Below are positions 40,372 through 50,014 of a stretch of DNA of 64,000 nucleotides, piece by piece. Under the pieces are notes generated by a model that did no database searches, was not told the origin of the DNA, and saw nothing but the letters and a program-made list of their open reading frames with translations. The stretch covers positions 227,571 to 291,570 of the forward strand of contig CAVUMN010000001.1 of NCBI GenBank assembly GCA_963742735.1, read 5' to 3'. Source of the stretch: an uncultured Actinomycetes bacterium (GTDB taxonomy: Bacteria > Actinomycetota > UBA4738 > JBBDTT01). Each line of letters begins with the position of its first letter. The first letter of the stretch is position 1. The position numbers were made by a program, and so were the translations under genes.

Positions 40372-40388
40372 CGCGGGCCCTCCTTCTC

Positions 40389-41186
40389 CTAGCTCCCGAA
40401 CGTCGCCGTGTCGACGACGAATCCTTGCCCGTGGGCCTGGAAATGCCCCACGTTCACCAGCTCCGTCCGGCGAATCGTGCCACGTCCGGCCAGCGGGTTG
40501 TGCACGTGGCCGAACAACGAGTACCGGGGCTGGTGCTCCTGCACGTAGCGGATCAGCCCGACCGAGCCGGGCTCGAACTTCTTGGCGATGACGTCGTAGA
40601 CGAACCACGGGATACGCGGCGGCATGTGCGTGCAGATCACGTCCACCGAGCCGAGCGCGTCGAACTTCGCGTCGTAGGTCGCCTCGTCGACCTCCCCCGG
40701 GATCCCCAGTGGGGTCCGCACCCCTCCGCCGACGAAGCCGAACCTCACGCCGTCGAGCTCCACGGCCTCGGCGTCGACGAACCGGACCCCGTCGGGCTTG
40801 AGCGAGAGCAGCATGTCGGGGATGTCGACGTTGCCGAAGGTCACGATGGCCCCGTCGGGAAGCGCCGCGAACACCGCCTCGTACTGCGCGCGGGCGAGCT
40901 CCAGGAACCGGTCGCGGGCGCCCTCCAGGTCGCCGGCGTTGCGCCGGAACGCCTCCCGGGCCTCCTCGAAGCGGCCCTCGGCCCGGCGGCGGGCGGACTC
41001 CTGAACCGCCTCGCGCCCGAACGCGTCGACCAGGATCCCGGTCCAGGTGCGGTAGTCGAGGACGTTGATGAGGTCCCCCAGGACGAGCAGCTGGTCGGCG
41101 TCCGCGGACGCGGACGACAGGTGCTCGACGGCGCCGTGGAGGTCGGAGATGGCCTTGACCAGCATCTCTGGCTGAGTCTGACGCAT
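40389..41186 (-). CDS. Metallophosphoesterase
   Basis: SDLHG, GDL, GNVD, THMPP and FGHVH motifs. Confidence 0.88.
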   Translation of the reverse strand: MRQTQPEMLVKAISDLHGAVEHLSSASADADQLLVLGDLINVLDYRTWTGILVDAFGREAVQESARRRAEGRFEEAREAFRRNAGDLEGARDRFLELARAQYEAVFAALPDGAIVTFGNVDIPDMLLSLKPDGVRFVDAEAVELDGVRFGFVGGGVRTPLGIPGEVDEATYDAKFDALGSVDVICTHMPPRIPWFVYDVIAKKFEPGSVGLIRYVQEHQPRYSLFGHVHNPLAGRGTIRRTELVNVGHFQAHGQGFVVDTATFGS

Positions 41187-41197
41187 ACGATTCGCGG

Positions 41198-41932
41198 ATG
41201 CCGATCCGGGCCGTGCTGTTCGACTACGGCCACACCCTCGTCGACTTCCGGCGAACCGAGGAGGCGCTGCACGAGGCGTACCAGCAGATCCGGGGCCGGG
41301 TCGAGGCGGCGGGGTACATCCAGATGCACGAGCTCCTCGACCTGATCGAGCGCGTGGTCGCGGGCGTCGACCAGATCGTCGAGGCGTCCTACGCCGAGCG
41401 CCGCCTGGAGGAGCTCGACCTGGTCACGGTGATGACCGAGTCGCTCGAGGCCGTGGGCTTCTCGCTCCCCAGCGACGTCGTGGACCACATCATCGCGATC
41501 TACCACGCGGCGTTCGCCAACTCGCTGAACGTGACCGAGGGGACGATGCAAACCCTCGAACGGCTTCGCCAGGAGGGCTATCGTCTGGGCCTGGTCTCCA
41601 ACGTCACCCTGCTCCCCCACCTGATGCGAGCCGACCTCGAGGCGCTGGGGCTCGCCGCCCACCTGGACGCCGCGACGTTCTCCAGCGAGGTCGGCGTCCG
41701 CAAACCGCATCCCAAGATCTTCCAGACCGTGCTGAAGGATCTCCGCGTCTCCGGCGCCGAGGCCGCCTTCGTCGGCGACCGGCTCCTCGACGACGTCTCC
41801 GGAGCGCGGGAGCTCGGGATGCGCACGGTGCTCACGCACGAGTTTCGCCAGGAGGAGGACCCGGAGATCGAGCCGGACGCCGTGATCGGCTCGCTCAGGG
41901 ACCTGCCGGAACTCCTGCAGAGTTGGCGTTGA
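41198..41932 (+). CDS. HAD family hydrolase
   Basis: FDYGHTL, VSN, KPHP and VGDRLLDD motifs. Confidence 0.88.
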   Translation: MPIRAVLFDYGHTLVDFRRTEEALHEAYQQIRGRVEAAGYIQMHELLDLIERVVAGVDQIVEASYAERRLEELDLVTVMTESLEAVGFSLPSDVVDHIIAIYHAAFANSLNVTEGTMQTLERLRQEGYRLGLVSNVTLLPHLMRADLEALGLAAHLDAATFSSEVGVRKPHPKIFQTVLKDLRVSGAEAAFVGDRLLDDVSGARELGMRTVLTHEFRQEEDPEIEPDAVIGSLRDLPELLQSWR

Positions 41933-42629
41933 AGCCGGCCGCCACGACCCCCCCGATCGAGAGCACCGTGAGGGCGATGGTCCCGAACAGCAGGATCCGC
42001 GGCCGCAGGAGCGGCTCCTCCTCGCCGTTCGCGTAGCGGTAGGCCTCGAGGGCCGTCACCGCCCACAGGCCGAGGGCCGCCAGCATGAACGCGGCCCCCA
42101 CCGCCACCACCGGTCCGGAGTTCCTCGGGCTGAGCAGCATGATCAACCCGAGGCCGAGCGCCCACAGGAACAGGATCAGGCGCGCGATCCCGTCGGCGGC
42201 CCGCCCCATCACCATGTGCCCCAGGCCGACGAGCAACAGGGAGAGGCCGAGGGCCTGCCCGGCCGGGGGGAGCACCCGCGCCTGGGCGGCCTCCTGGGCG
42301 AGCATCTGCGCGAACGGGGTGCCGCACGCGGAGCACAACGAGGACTCCATCGGATTGGCCTGCCCGCACGCGACGCAGTCCCACAACAGGGCCTCGCCCT
42401 CGCGGCGGATCGGCACCGACGCGGTCTGGACGCCGGTCTTGCGGGGCGTCCAGGCCGAGCCCGTCTCCTCCGCGAGGTCGGCCTCCACGCTCTCAGCGCC
42501 GTCGCCGGCGGGAGCCGCCGCGGGCGCGGGCTCGGCCGTCCGGCCGAGCGGCGAGTAACACTGGCCGCACCACTTCGCGTCGGGAGCCACCAGGGCCCCA
42601 CACGAGGGGCACCGTCCGGTGTCCGTCAT
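41895..42629 (-). CDS. Membrane protein with Zn-ribbon motifs
   Basis: CPSC/CGQC and CVAC/CSAC pairs, then about four TM helices; GAGGAG RBS. Confidence 0.75.
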   Translation of the reverse strand: MTDTGRCPSCGALVAPDAKWCGQCYSPLGRTAEPAPAAAPAGDGAESVEADLAEETGSAWTPRKTGVQTASVPIRREGEALLWDCVACGQANPMESSLCSACGTPFAQMLAQEAAQARVLPPAGQALGLSLLLVGLGHMVMGRAADGIARLILFLWALGLGLIMLLSPRNSGPVVAVGAAFMLAALGLWAVTALEAYRYANGEEEPLLRPRILLFGTIALTVLSIGGVVAAGFNANSAGVPAGP

Positions 42630-43006
42630 GGGGACTCCTCGAGCCGCCGCAGCGCGACGAGCCCGGTGCGGATCCCCCGTCGCAGCCGCAGGGTGCGGCG
42701 CCGACCGGCGCGCTCGAGGTCCAGGATCGCGTTCACCACCGTGCCGTCCTTGAAGGGTTCCAGATACCACTCGAGCGATCCGCCGAGCCGGGAGCCGTCC
42801 AGCCCGATCACCAGCCCGATCCCCGGCCGTACCTTTCGGACCGACGCGATGGCGGATGGACCGCCCGGCAGCCGAAGCTCGACGGCGCCGCTCTCGCGCC
42901 GTGCCCGCGACCGCGGCCACCACTCACCGTAGCGCTCGAGGTCCGCCAGCCGAGGGTACACCGCGTCTGGCGGCGCGGGGACGAAGCCCTGATCGACGAT
43001 TCCCAC
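42626..43006 (-). CDS. SRPBCC-like hypothetical protein
   Basis: APPDAVY..LADLERYGEWWP and GSLEWYLEP motifs. Confidence 0.7.
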   Translation of the reverse strand: MGIVDQGFVPAPPDAVYPRLADLERYGEWWPRSRARRESGAVELRLPGGPSAIASVRKVRPGIGLVIGLDGSRLGGSLEWYLEPFKDGTVVNAILDLERAGRRRTLRLRRGIRTGLVALRRLEESP

Positions 43007-43030
43007 GACCCGAGTATGGGGCGCGACCCG

Positions 43031-44992
43031 CTAGACCGCGACGAGCGTCCCCTGCATGTTCGGGTGGATCGTGCAGTAGAACGTGTAGGTGGTGCCCGAC
43101 TCGAGGTTCTCCAGGCCGAGGATCGGCGTCGAGGCGCCCAGGCCGACCTGGTCGCTCCAGAACACCGGGCACTTGCCCTTGGCGAAGCGTGAGCACCACG
43201 GCTGGTTCGACGGCCCGCCGAACCCGTCGACGGTCGGGTACTGCACGACGTCGTGCTGCACGATGTCGGCGTTGAGGTAGGTGAGCTCTCCACCCGGCTG
43301 CGCGACCATCGCCGGGGTCAGGTAGCCGAGGGAGGATCCGCCGGGACCCGACGCGATCACCGCTCCCTGGACCGCCGGAAGCGGCGGCAACCCGCCGCCC
43401 CCGCCGCCCCCACCACCGCCGCCGGGCCGGAACGCGATCACCAGACCGGTCGGCAGGCCGGTGATCCCCACCGCGGCGTACACCGTGTTTCGAGCCACGG
43501 CGACACCACCCCACGACGAGGTGGGCGGGTTGGGGCCCTGAAGGAACATGGGACGGTGCAGCAGCGGGACCCCGGTGGCGGCGTCGACCGCGTCCAGGAA
43601 TCCCTTGAGGTCGACCGTGTACACGACGCCGTTGGCGACCGTGACCGGATTGCCCCAGTGGGCGCCGTCGGGGATGGGGGAGACCCACCGGGGGGCGCCG
43701 CTCTCGGCCGACACCGACCACAGGTACCCACCCAGGGTGATGGGGCCGTAGACGGCTTCCCCGTCGTAGGCGGTCGAGCCGACGACGCCGCCGACCTGCG
43801 AGGGCGGACCGACCAGCGCGGTCCACGCCGGATCCATCGTCGCCGCGTCGGCGACGTGGTAGATGCCGGACTTCTGCCCCTCGCCGACCACCAGGCGCCC
43901 GGAGGGGTCGCGGAACAGGTTCGGCGACGCCCCGAAATCCATGTCGATGTCCCCGCACGAGCCGAGGCCCTGCGGGTACGACCCGGCCGAGGGGTTCCCC
44001 GGGATGTCGAAGCAGGGCAGCTCGCTGAATCCGGGAACGTATTCGTCCACGGTGCCCTTGTACGAGTCGACGATCTTTCCGAAGGTCTTGCTCTTGCGGT
44101 TCAGGTCGATCTTCAGGATGGCGTTGGTGTGGGGGTGCTCGGCCTGGGGCCGGAACGGGTTCCCCGCGCCCACGTAGGCCGTCTTGGTGGCGGGGTCGAC
44201 CGCGGGGGTCGCCCACACCGCGCCGCCCGCGAAGTCGTCCTTGGGGTTGTTCACGTCCTTGTCGGGTGGACGGATCGTGTACGTCTTCTTCAGCAGCTTC
44301 CCGGTGACCGCGTCCACCAGGACGAACCCACCCTGGAACACGTACCGGTCCGCCTCGTCGCCGAGCTCCGCGGAGCCGCCCGACCAGCCCTCGAACACCA
44401 TCCCGTCGAACACGACCGGGCTCGCGTACACGTCCCCGCCGGCCTGGTTGTCGATGTCGCGGGTCCACAGGAGCTTTCCGGTGGCCTCGGACAGGGCCGC
44501 CAGGTAGGGGCTGCCCCCGCGCGATACCGCCACGTATACCCGGCCGCCGGAGACCGTCACGGACGAGTTGATCGCGCCTCCGCCCCGCCCGTCACCCGGA
44601 CGGCTCCCCTCCAGCTTCGTCTTCCAGATCGGGGCACCGGTGTCGGCGTTCATCGCGAACACCCAGCCCTCGTTGGACCCCACGAACAGGCATCCGTCGG
44701 CGATGACCGGGTTGCCGGTGAAGTCCCCCTCGCCCCCCGCGTCGGTGGAGGAAAAGGCCCAGGCGGGTGCGAGCAGCGGGGCCTCGGTCAGACCGATGGT
44801 CGTTTCCTTCGGCTGCGTACGCGTGTTGGACAGGTCGTGGTCGTACGAGGGCCAGTCACCGCCGGGATGCTTCGCCGGCGCGCACCCCTTGATCGCGGTG
44901 GCCTTCTTCTTCGGGGCGGCGCCTGCCGAGGGAGCGAAGCCCAGCGACGCCGCGATGAGCGCGACGCCGACCAGCAGGGCCAGGCGCCTCAC
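43031..44992 (-). CDS. Secreted PQQ-type beta-propeller (PVA-dehydrogenase-like) with a C-terminal cupredoxin domain
   Basis: Signal peptide; DWPSYDHD..NTR; repeated A.DA.TG...W units; GAVWATPAVD, DMDFGASP, GQKSG; Gly linker; H...YCTIHPNM. Confidence 0.82.
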   Translation of the reverse strand: MRRLALLVGVALIAASLGFAPSAGAAPKKKATAIKGCAPAKHPGGDWPSYDHDLSNTRTQPKETTIGLTEAPLLAPAWAFSSTDAGGEGDFTGNPVIADGCLFVGSNEGWVFAMNADTGAPIWKTKLEGSRPGDGRGGGAINSSVTVSGGRVYVAVSRGGSPYLAALSEATGKLLWTRDIDNQAGGDVYASPVVFDGMVFEGWSGGSAELGDEADRYVFQGGFVLVDAVTGKLLKKTYTIRPPDKDVNNPKDDFAGGAVWATPAVDPATKTAYVGAGNPFRPQAEHPHTNAILKIDLNRKSKTFGKIVDSYKGTVDEYVPGFSELPCFDIPGNPSAGSYPQGLGSCGDIDMDFGASPNLFRDPSGRLVVGEGQKSGIYHVADAATMDPAWTALVGPPSQVGGVVGSTAYDGEAVYGPITLGGYLWSVSAESGAPRWVSPIPDGAHWGNPVTVANGVVYTVDLKGFLDAVDAATGVPLLHRPMFLQGPNPPTSSWGGVAVARNTVYAAVGITGLPTGLVIAFRPGGGGGGGGGGGLPPLPAVQGAVIASGPGGSSLGYLTPAMVAQPGGELTYLNADIVQHDVVQYPTVDGFGGPSNQPWCSRFAKGKCPVFWSDQVGLGASTPILGLENLESGTTYTFYCTIHPNMQGTLVAV

Positions 44993-45546
44993 CGGTGACC
45001 CTTGGGATGCACGGTCACCGAGGTGAACCCGATCGTGCCGCCGCCGAAGGCCGGGCAGGCTGCCGCGAGCTCCAGGCCGAACAGGATCCGTATCGTCGTG
45101 CCCCTCCGGGGCGAACCGCCCACGATGGGGACGTCGATCTCACCCGCCCCCTGACCCGGCCCGCGGACTTTCTTCGCCCCCAGCCAGTACCCGCGCGTGG
45201 TCTTCACCAGCACGGTGGCGAATGAATACGCGTCCCACGCCGAGTTCTCGAAGAACACCGTGACCATTCCGATCGGACCGGTCACCCGGTGACGCACCTC
45301 GAGGTTGGCGTAGCCGGCCTTCCCGGCGCAGCCGACCACGTTCCCCGGCTCCGGGTAAAACCGCACGATCGTCACCCGCCCGCCCTCCGCGTCGGCGTCG
45401 ATGTAGTTCCACTCGTCGCCTCCGCTGGGGCCGGATGCGAACGGCGGCCCGTACTGCCGGGCCGCCGCGAGGGCCACCCCGCCCCCGACCAGCAGGATCG
45501 CGGCGATCAGAGCCACCAGCCGCCGAACGGACCTCAGGGCGACCAC
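44989..45546 (-). CDS. Secreted hypothetical protein with two Cys
   Basis: Signal peptide; stop overlaps the start of the propeller gene. Confidence 0.7.
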   Translation of the reverse strand: MVALRSVRRLVALIAAILLVGGGVALAAARQYGPPFASGPSGGDEWNYIDADAEGGRVTIVRFYPEPGNVVGCAGKAGYANLEVRHRVTGPIGMVTVFFENSAWDAYSFATVLVKTTRGYWLGAKKVRGPGQGAGEIDVPIVGGSPRRGTTIRILFGLELAAACPAFGGGTIGFTSVTVHPKGHR

Positions 45547-47343
45547 GGTTTGCCCGTCACGTGGTTCCAGACCGCCTTGGGCGTCCGCAGCCCGTAGACA
45601 GCCGGTTGGTCGCCAGCGGCGCCCGCTCGGTCGAGCGTTCCCTCGTTGATCAGGTAGGCGTCACGGATGGCCTGGACGCGTCGCAGGCGATGGCCTTGCG
45701 CTGGGCGTCGGCGTCGACCTGATAGATCCGACGCGGCGTTGCGACCGAAGACCGGTTGCGGATCGTCCGCTCGGGGTGGGCCTTCCCGTCCTTCGGCCAG
45801 CCCTTCACGTGCGGATGGCTCGACAGGTAGGAGTGACCCGGACAGCGCGTTGCGCCGGGGGTCGAACGCGTCGCCGTCCAGGCCGTAGGGCAGGTTGTAG
45901 AGCTCCCTGGCCTCGTTCGACATCCGGAAGGCCGCGCAGGGCCACGATCTCCGACTGCGGCGAGCCGAACCACAGGCTGTCGGTGCCCCAGCAGACCCGC
46001 CGGGGACCCACGTGGGTGATCAGCTTGCCCAGCAGGTGCGCGGCCTGGTCGGGGTCGCGCATCACGCTCGCGCCACATCGATCCGATCTCGGCGTAGACG
46101 TTGGGGACGTTGCCGTGCTCGAGGCCCGCGGGGACTGAAGCGTGGAGCGTCCCAGCCGTTCTCGCGCAGCGTCTTGATGAGGCGAGTTCACGCCACGGTC
46201 GGCAGAGTTCACGGCGTCGTCCCCCGGGTACGGCAGCTGCGTCCTCGCCGTCGTAGCCGGAGTGGTAGACGACGAAGTTCATGTCCGGGTACTGGCGCGC
46301 GGCGGGGCCGATGTCGCGCGGCGAGGCGGCCCGCTGGTCGAACCCCGGAAGCGCGAAGCCCTTGTGGGCGGCGACGAGCTTGGGCATCGCCATATTTCTC
46401 ACCGAGGCTACGCGGACCGTGCTCGAGGAACTTCAGGCCGATCGCGTCGTCGAGGTACCACCCGCTCGCGTTAGGCGATGTCGCCCCAGGCGTGTAGACC
46501 TTCCAGCCCCGGATCTTGCCGCTTGTGCAGCAGCGACGTTCGTCCTCCATGAGGTCGAACTCGTCCTGCATGAACGCGGGGTCCGTGCCCAAACGAGCTC
46601 GAGGTCGGTCCCGAGCGAACCCCGGTTCGGCATCACGAACGCGTGCATGACGGTGCGGTCGGTCCCGCCCGCGAGCTTCTTGACGGTGTCGACCGTCAGG
46701 GCGGCCTCGTCGATCGGCAGCGGGTTGTTGTCCGGGTCGGCCGGAACGGCGGAGAGCACGGTCATGTTGGTCGAGGAGTCGAGGAACAGCTCCTTCAGGT
46801 AGTGGTAGCGCGACAGGTTCTCGATGGGGTCGATCTCGCGGCCGCCGCCGGAGCATCGTCTCGCCCGGCCAGTACGGGTCCTCCATGTCGCCCACGCCGG
46901 TGGACTGCGGCCAGAAGGCCATGAAGATCGCCTGATGGGCCGGGTGGACGACCCGCCACGTCCCGTCGCGAGTCCACGTGGTGGGACTGGACGTCGAAGA
47001 TGAACTCGCCGGGCAGGTTCTTCATCTGCGCGCCCGGCCACTCCAGGTCGCACGCCGCGTTCGTGGGGGTGTTGTCTGCGAACGCGTAGCTCCCGAACCG
47101 GGTCGGCATGATTTGATCGATCGCCCAAAGCCCGACCGAGAACGCCGCGGCCGACCGGACGAAGTCGCGCCGGCTCATCCGGAACCGCCGGCGCTGCCGC
47201 TCCGTCTCCCGCTCAGCCACCTCCATGACCATCCGCTGCTGTGGCGTGATGGCTTCGGGGAAGAACTCGCCGTTGGAGCAGGGGTAGACGTCGACCGGCA
47301 GCGCCTCGGAGAGGTCGTCCCAGTCCTTCCTCCAACGGATCAC
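45534..47343 (-). CDS. Amidohydrolase-2 family protein with an internal SRRDF twin-arginine-like motif; many frameshifts
   Basis: SNGEF, SRRDF, FDVQSHH, LFLDS, WKVYT, HKG, VYHSG, YAEIG and WGTDSLWFGSPQ are spread across frames; AAGGGG before GTG 47343. Confidence 0.72.
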
Positions 47344-47396
47344 TCAGCTACACCCCTTCCCGGGAGTTGCTACGACGAGCGGGAACGAACGTCCTG

Positions 47397-49185
47397 CTAC
47401 TCCACCGCGAAGGCGCCGCGCATGAACGGGTGAATCCGGCAGAAATAGGTGTAGATCGCCCCGCTCTGGAACTGCTGATCGATCGGGAGGTTCCAGCTGA
47501 TCTCGTTCTTGGCCGGGCCGATCACGTTCAGCCCGTACCCGAGCTCGGACGAGTCGAAGTCGATCATGTCGCCCTTGCTGGAGCGCCCGTCCGAGAGCGG
47601 GAAGGCGATCCCGGTCGGCCCCGTGCAGGGATAGGCGCACGAGGTGACCGTGTGATAGATGTTCAGGAACGCGTCCAGGTTCCAGAACTCGACCACCTGG
47701 TTGGGCGTGACCGTGGGGATGCCGAGCGTCTCGACCGTGCCCAGGTCACCGGGCGCGTAGACGAAGCCGCCGATCCCCACACGGTCCACGTGGCTGGCCA
47801 TGGCTCCGTTCAGCTCGCCCTGGGGCCCGCTGTGGTTGTCGGCCTCCTGCATGTGTCCGTGGGTGACGATCCCGCCGGTGCACAGCCGCTGCGGCTTGGC
47901 GCGCATGCCCCCCGAGGTGCAGAACGTCGAGGTGTCGACCTTCAGGCCCTTCTTGAAGGGGTCGAGCCCGGGCGCGGCCCGAACGACCTTGCCGCTGGCG
48001 TCGAGGATGTCGGGCGCCACGTACAGGACCGCGATGCCCATGTTCTCGTACGTGGACTGCACCCGGGTGTCGTAGGTCGCGTTGATGCGCAGGGTGTCGC
48101 CGGGCTTCACCCGGACCCCCCACTGGGGCAGCCCGTTGACCGTCATCGACAGGTCCCACGAGGTCGGTGGTCCCCCCCGCACGCCGGGCTTCTTCCAGTC
48201 CCAGTAGACGGCCTCGGACGTCATGATCCGCTTGGCCTTGCCTCCACGGACGGAGTCGACGTTCACGGAGAGCCCACCCGGATGCAGGTGGCCGCCCATG
48301 CCGACGATCGTCCCGCCGTGGAATGCCTCGATCTTGCCGAGGGGCTCACCCGCGGCGGGCCACGTCCAGTCCTCGCCGGGCCGGTCCGACTTCTCGCCCT
48401 GGCTCGGGAAGACCTTGCCGTAGGGGTCGAACCGCGCGCAGTTCTGCTTGGGCCAGGTGCACTTGCCCTTGGTCCCGAAGCCGCGCTGGACGTTGAACAC
48501 CGGGTAGCCGGAGGGCCGCACGTCGAGCCAGCACCGGGTACACCGGGTGGACGTTGATGTCGGGCGCGTCGGCCAGGTCCTTGGCGATGTAGTCGATGTC
48601 GTAGGTGATGAAGACCTCGTCGGGGTCCGCCAGCTGGTTGTGGATCATGTACAGCAGGCCCCAGGTATCGGTCCGCTCGATCGGGAACCCGTAGCCCTTG
48701 GGGAGCGGCGCGTACGTCTTCTCCTCGCCGGAGGCGAAGAACGGGCCGCTGCCGTAGTCGCCGGACAGGGCAATCCAGGTGCCGTGGTGGAGGTGAACCT
48801 TCTCGATCGGCGGGATCGTGCCGTCGGCGGAGACCAGGTCGGGACGCATGCGCACGATGTAGCCGTCGTAGGCCGGCTTCTGGATGGTCACCGGCTCGAT
48901 GAGCACGTCGTTCTGGCCGGGCCGGATGTGGATCGGCCCGAAGACGAACTTCAGGCGGTGACAGGCGCCCGGGTAGCGCTCGTAGTTGGGCGCCGCCCAC
49001 CCCTCGAGCTTGTACTGCTTGAGCTCGTACGGGTTCCCGGGCTGCGGCGTGCAGGGGCCGGCGTTGATCGGGCCGGCGAAGTTGATCTCGGGGACCGGCG
49101 GGGCGGCGGGGCCGGCCAGGGCCGATGGCAGCGATCCGATGAGGAGCGCCGATACGACGACGAGCAGGAACAGCGGACGGCGCAT
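47397..49185 (-). CDS. Secreted copper type II (PHM/DBM-like) monooxygenase-like protein with a C-terminal cupredoxin; frameshift near 48533
   Basis: GGAGG then ATG; signal peptide; IRPGQN, HLHHG, MIHN, GHLHPGG, ENMG; ends YHTVT...FCRIHPFMRG. Confidence 0.7.
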
Positions 49186-49276
49186 GCTCAGACCTCCGGG
49201 CTCGCGGGACACTCGAGGGTGTCTCTTTTCGACATGGGCGACGTTGTCTCCTCCACGTACCTTTCTTCCCGCTCGA

Positions 49277-49921
49277 TCACGTCCTAGCCCTTTTGTCCGG
49301 GGCAAGCCCTCGGATGACCAGGTCCGCGAACAGGCGCATGTAGGCGTCGTTCTCCTCGCCGGTGGAGGGGCGGCGGGCGATCTCGGTCCAGTGGAAGCGC
49401 GCCAGGAGCACGTCCACCACCTGCTGTGCGGCGATCCGCGGATCGACCTGACGGATCTCCCCGCGCGCGGTGGCGCGGGCGAAGATCCCGGAGATCTGCT
49501 CGACCCACACGTCGATGAGCTCACGGTAGATCGCCTCGGCCTCGGGCCGCGAGTGAGCGGCCTCGAGGAACAGCAGCTTCACGAAGTCCCGGCGCTCTCG
49601 CATCACCTCGATGGAACGGTTCAGGAGCTCCGGGAGGACGACGTTGAGGGGGAGATCCTCCGCAAGCCCGGTGATGCCCTCGATCCGGGTGCGGAGCTCG
49701 GACTCCTGGATGATCGCCGAGAGCAGCTCGGCCTTGGAGCCGAAGTAGTAGTGCAGGAGGCCCTTGGTGACCCCGGCCTCGGTGGCGATCTCCTCCATGC
49801 TCGTCGAGGCCGCGCCCTGGTCGGCGAACAGGCGGGCCGCGGTATCGAGCAGCTGCTGCCGGCGGACGGCCGCCGTGGCGCGCCGTCCAACCGCCTCGCT
49901 TCGAGTCGCCATCGCGGACAT
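49277..49921 (-). CDS. TetR/AcrR family regulator
   Basis: RRQQLLDTAARLF..QG...TSMEEIATEAGVTKGLLHYYFGSK helix-turn-helix. Confidence 0.93.
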   Translation of the reverse strand: MSAMATRSEAVGRRATAAVRRQQLLDTAARLFADQGAASTSMEEIATEAGVTKGLLHYYFGSKAELLSAIIQESELRTRIEGITGLAEDLPLNVVLPELLNRSIEVMRERRDFVKLLFLEAAHSRPEAEAIYRELIDVWVEQISGIFARATARGEIRQVDPRIAAQQVVDVLLARFHWTEIARRPSTGEENDAYMRLFADLVIRGLAPDKRART

Positions 49922-49932
49922 GGCCTTCCTGG

Positions 49933-49985
49933 GGCGTTTGACTAACCAGACAGTCAACACTACGATCCGCCTCGAGTCAAACGCC
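49933..49985. promoter_or_regulatory. SigA-type promoter for the gene at 50015, overlapped by a candidate TetR operator
   Basis: TTGACT(49938)-N17-TACGAT(49961); palindrome TTGACT-N8-AGTCAA at 49938-49957; 11-bp inverted repeat GGCGTTTGACT/AGTCAAACGCC. Confidence 0.75.
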
Positions 49986-50014
49986 GCCGCCTCAAGCCAG
50001 CGCCCGAGGCTCAG

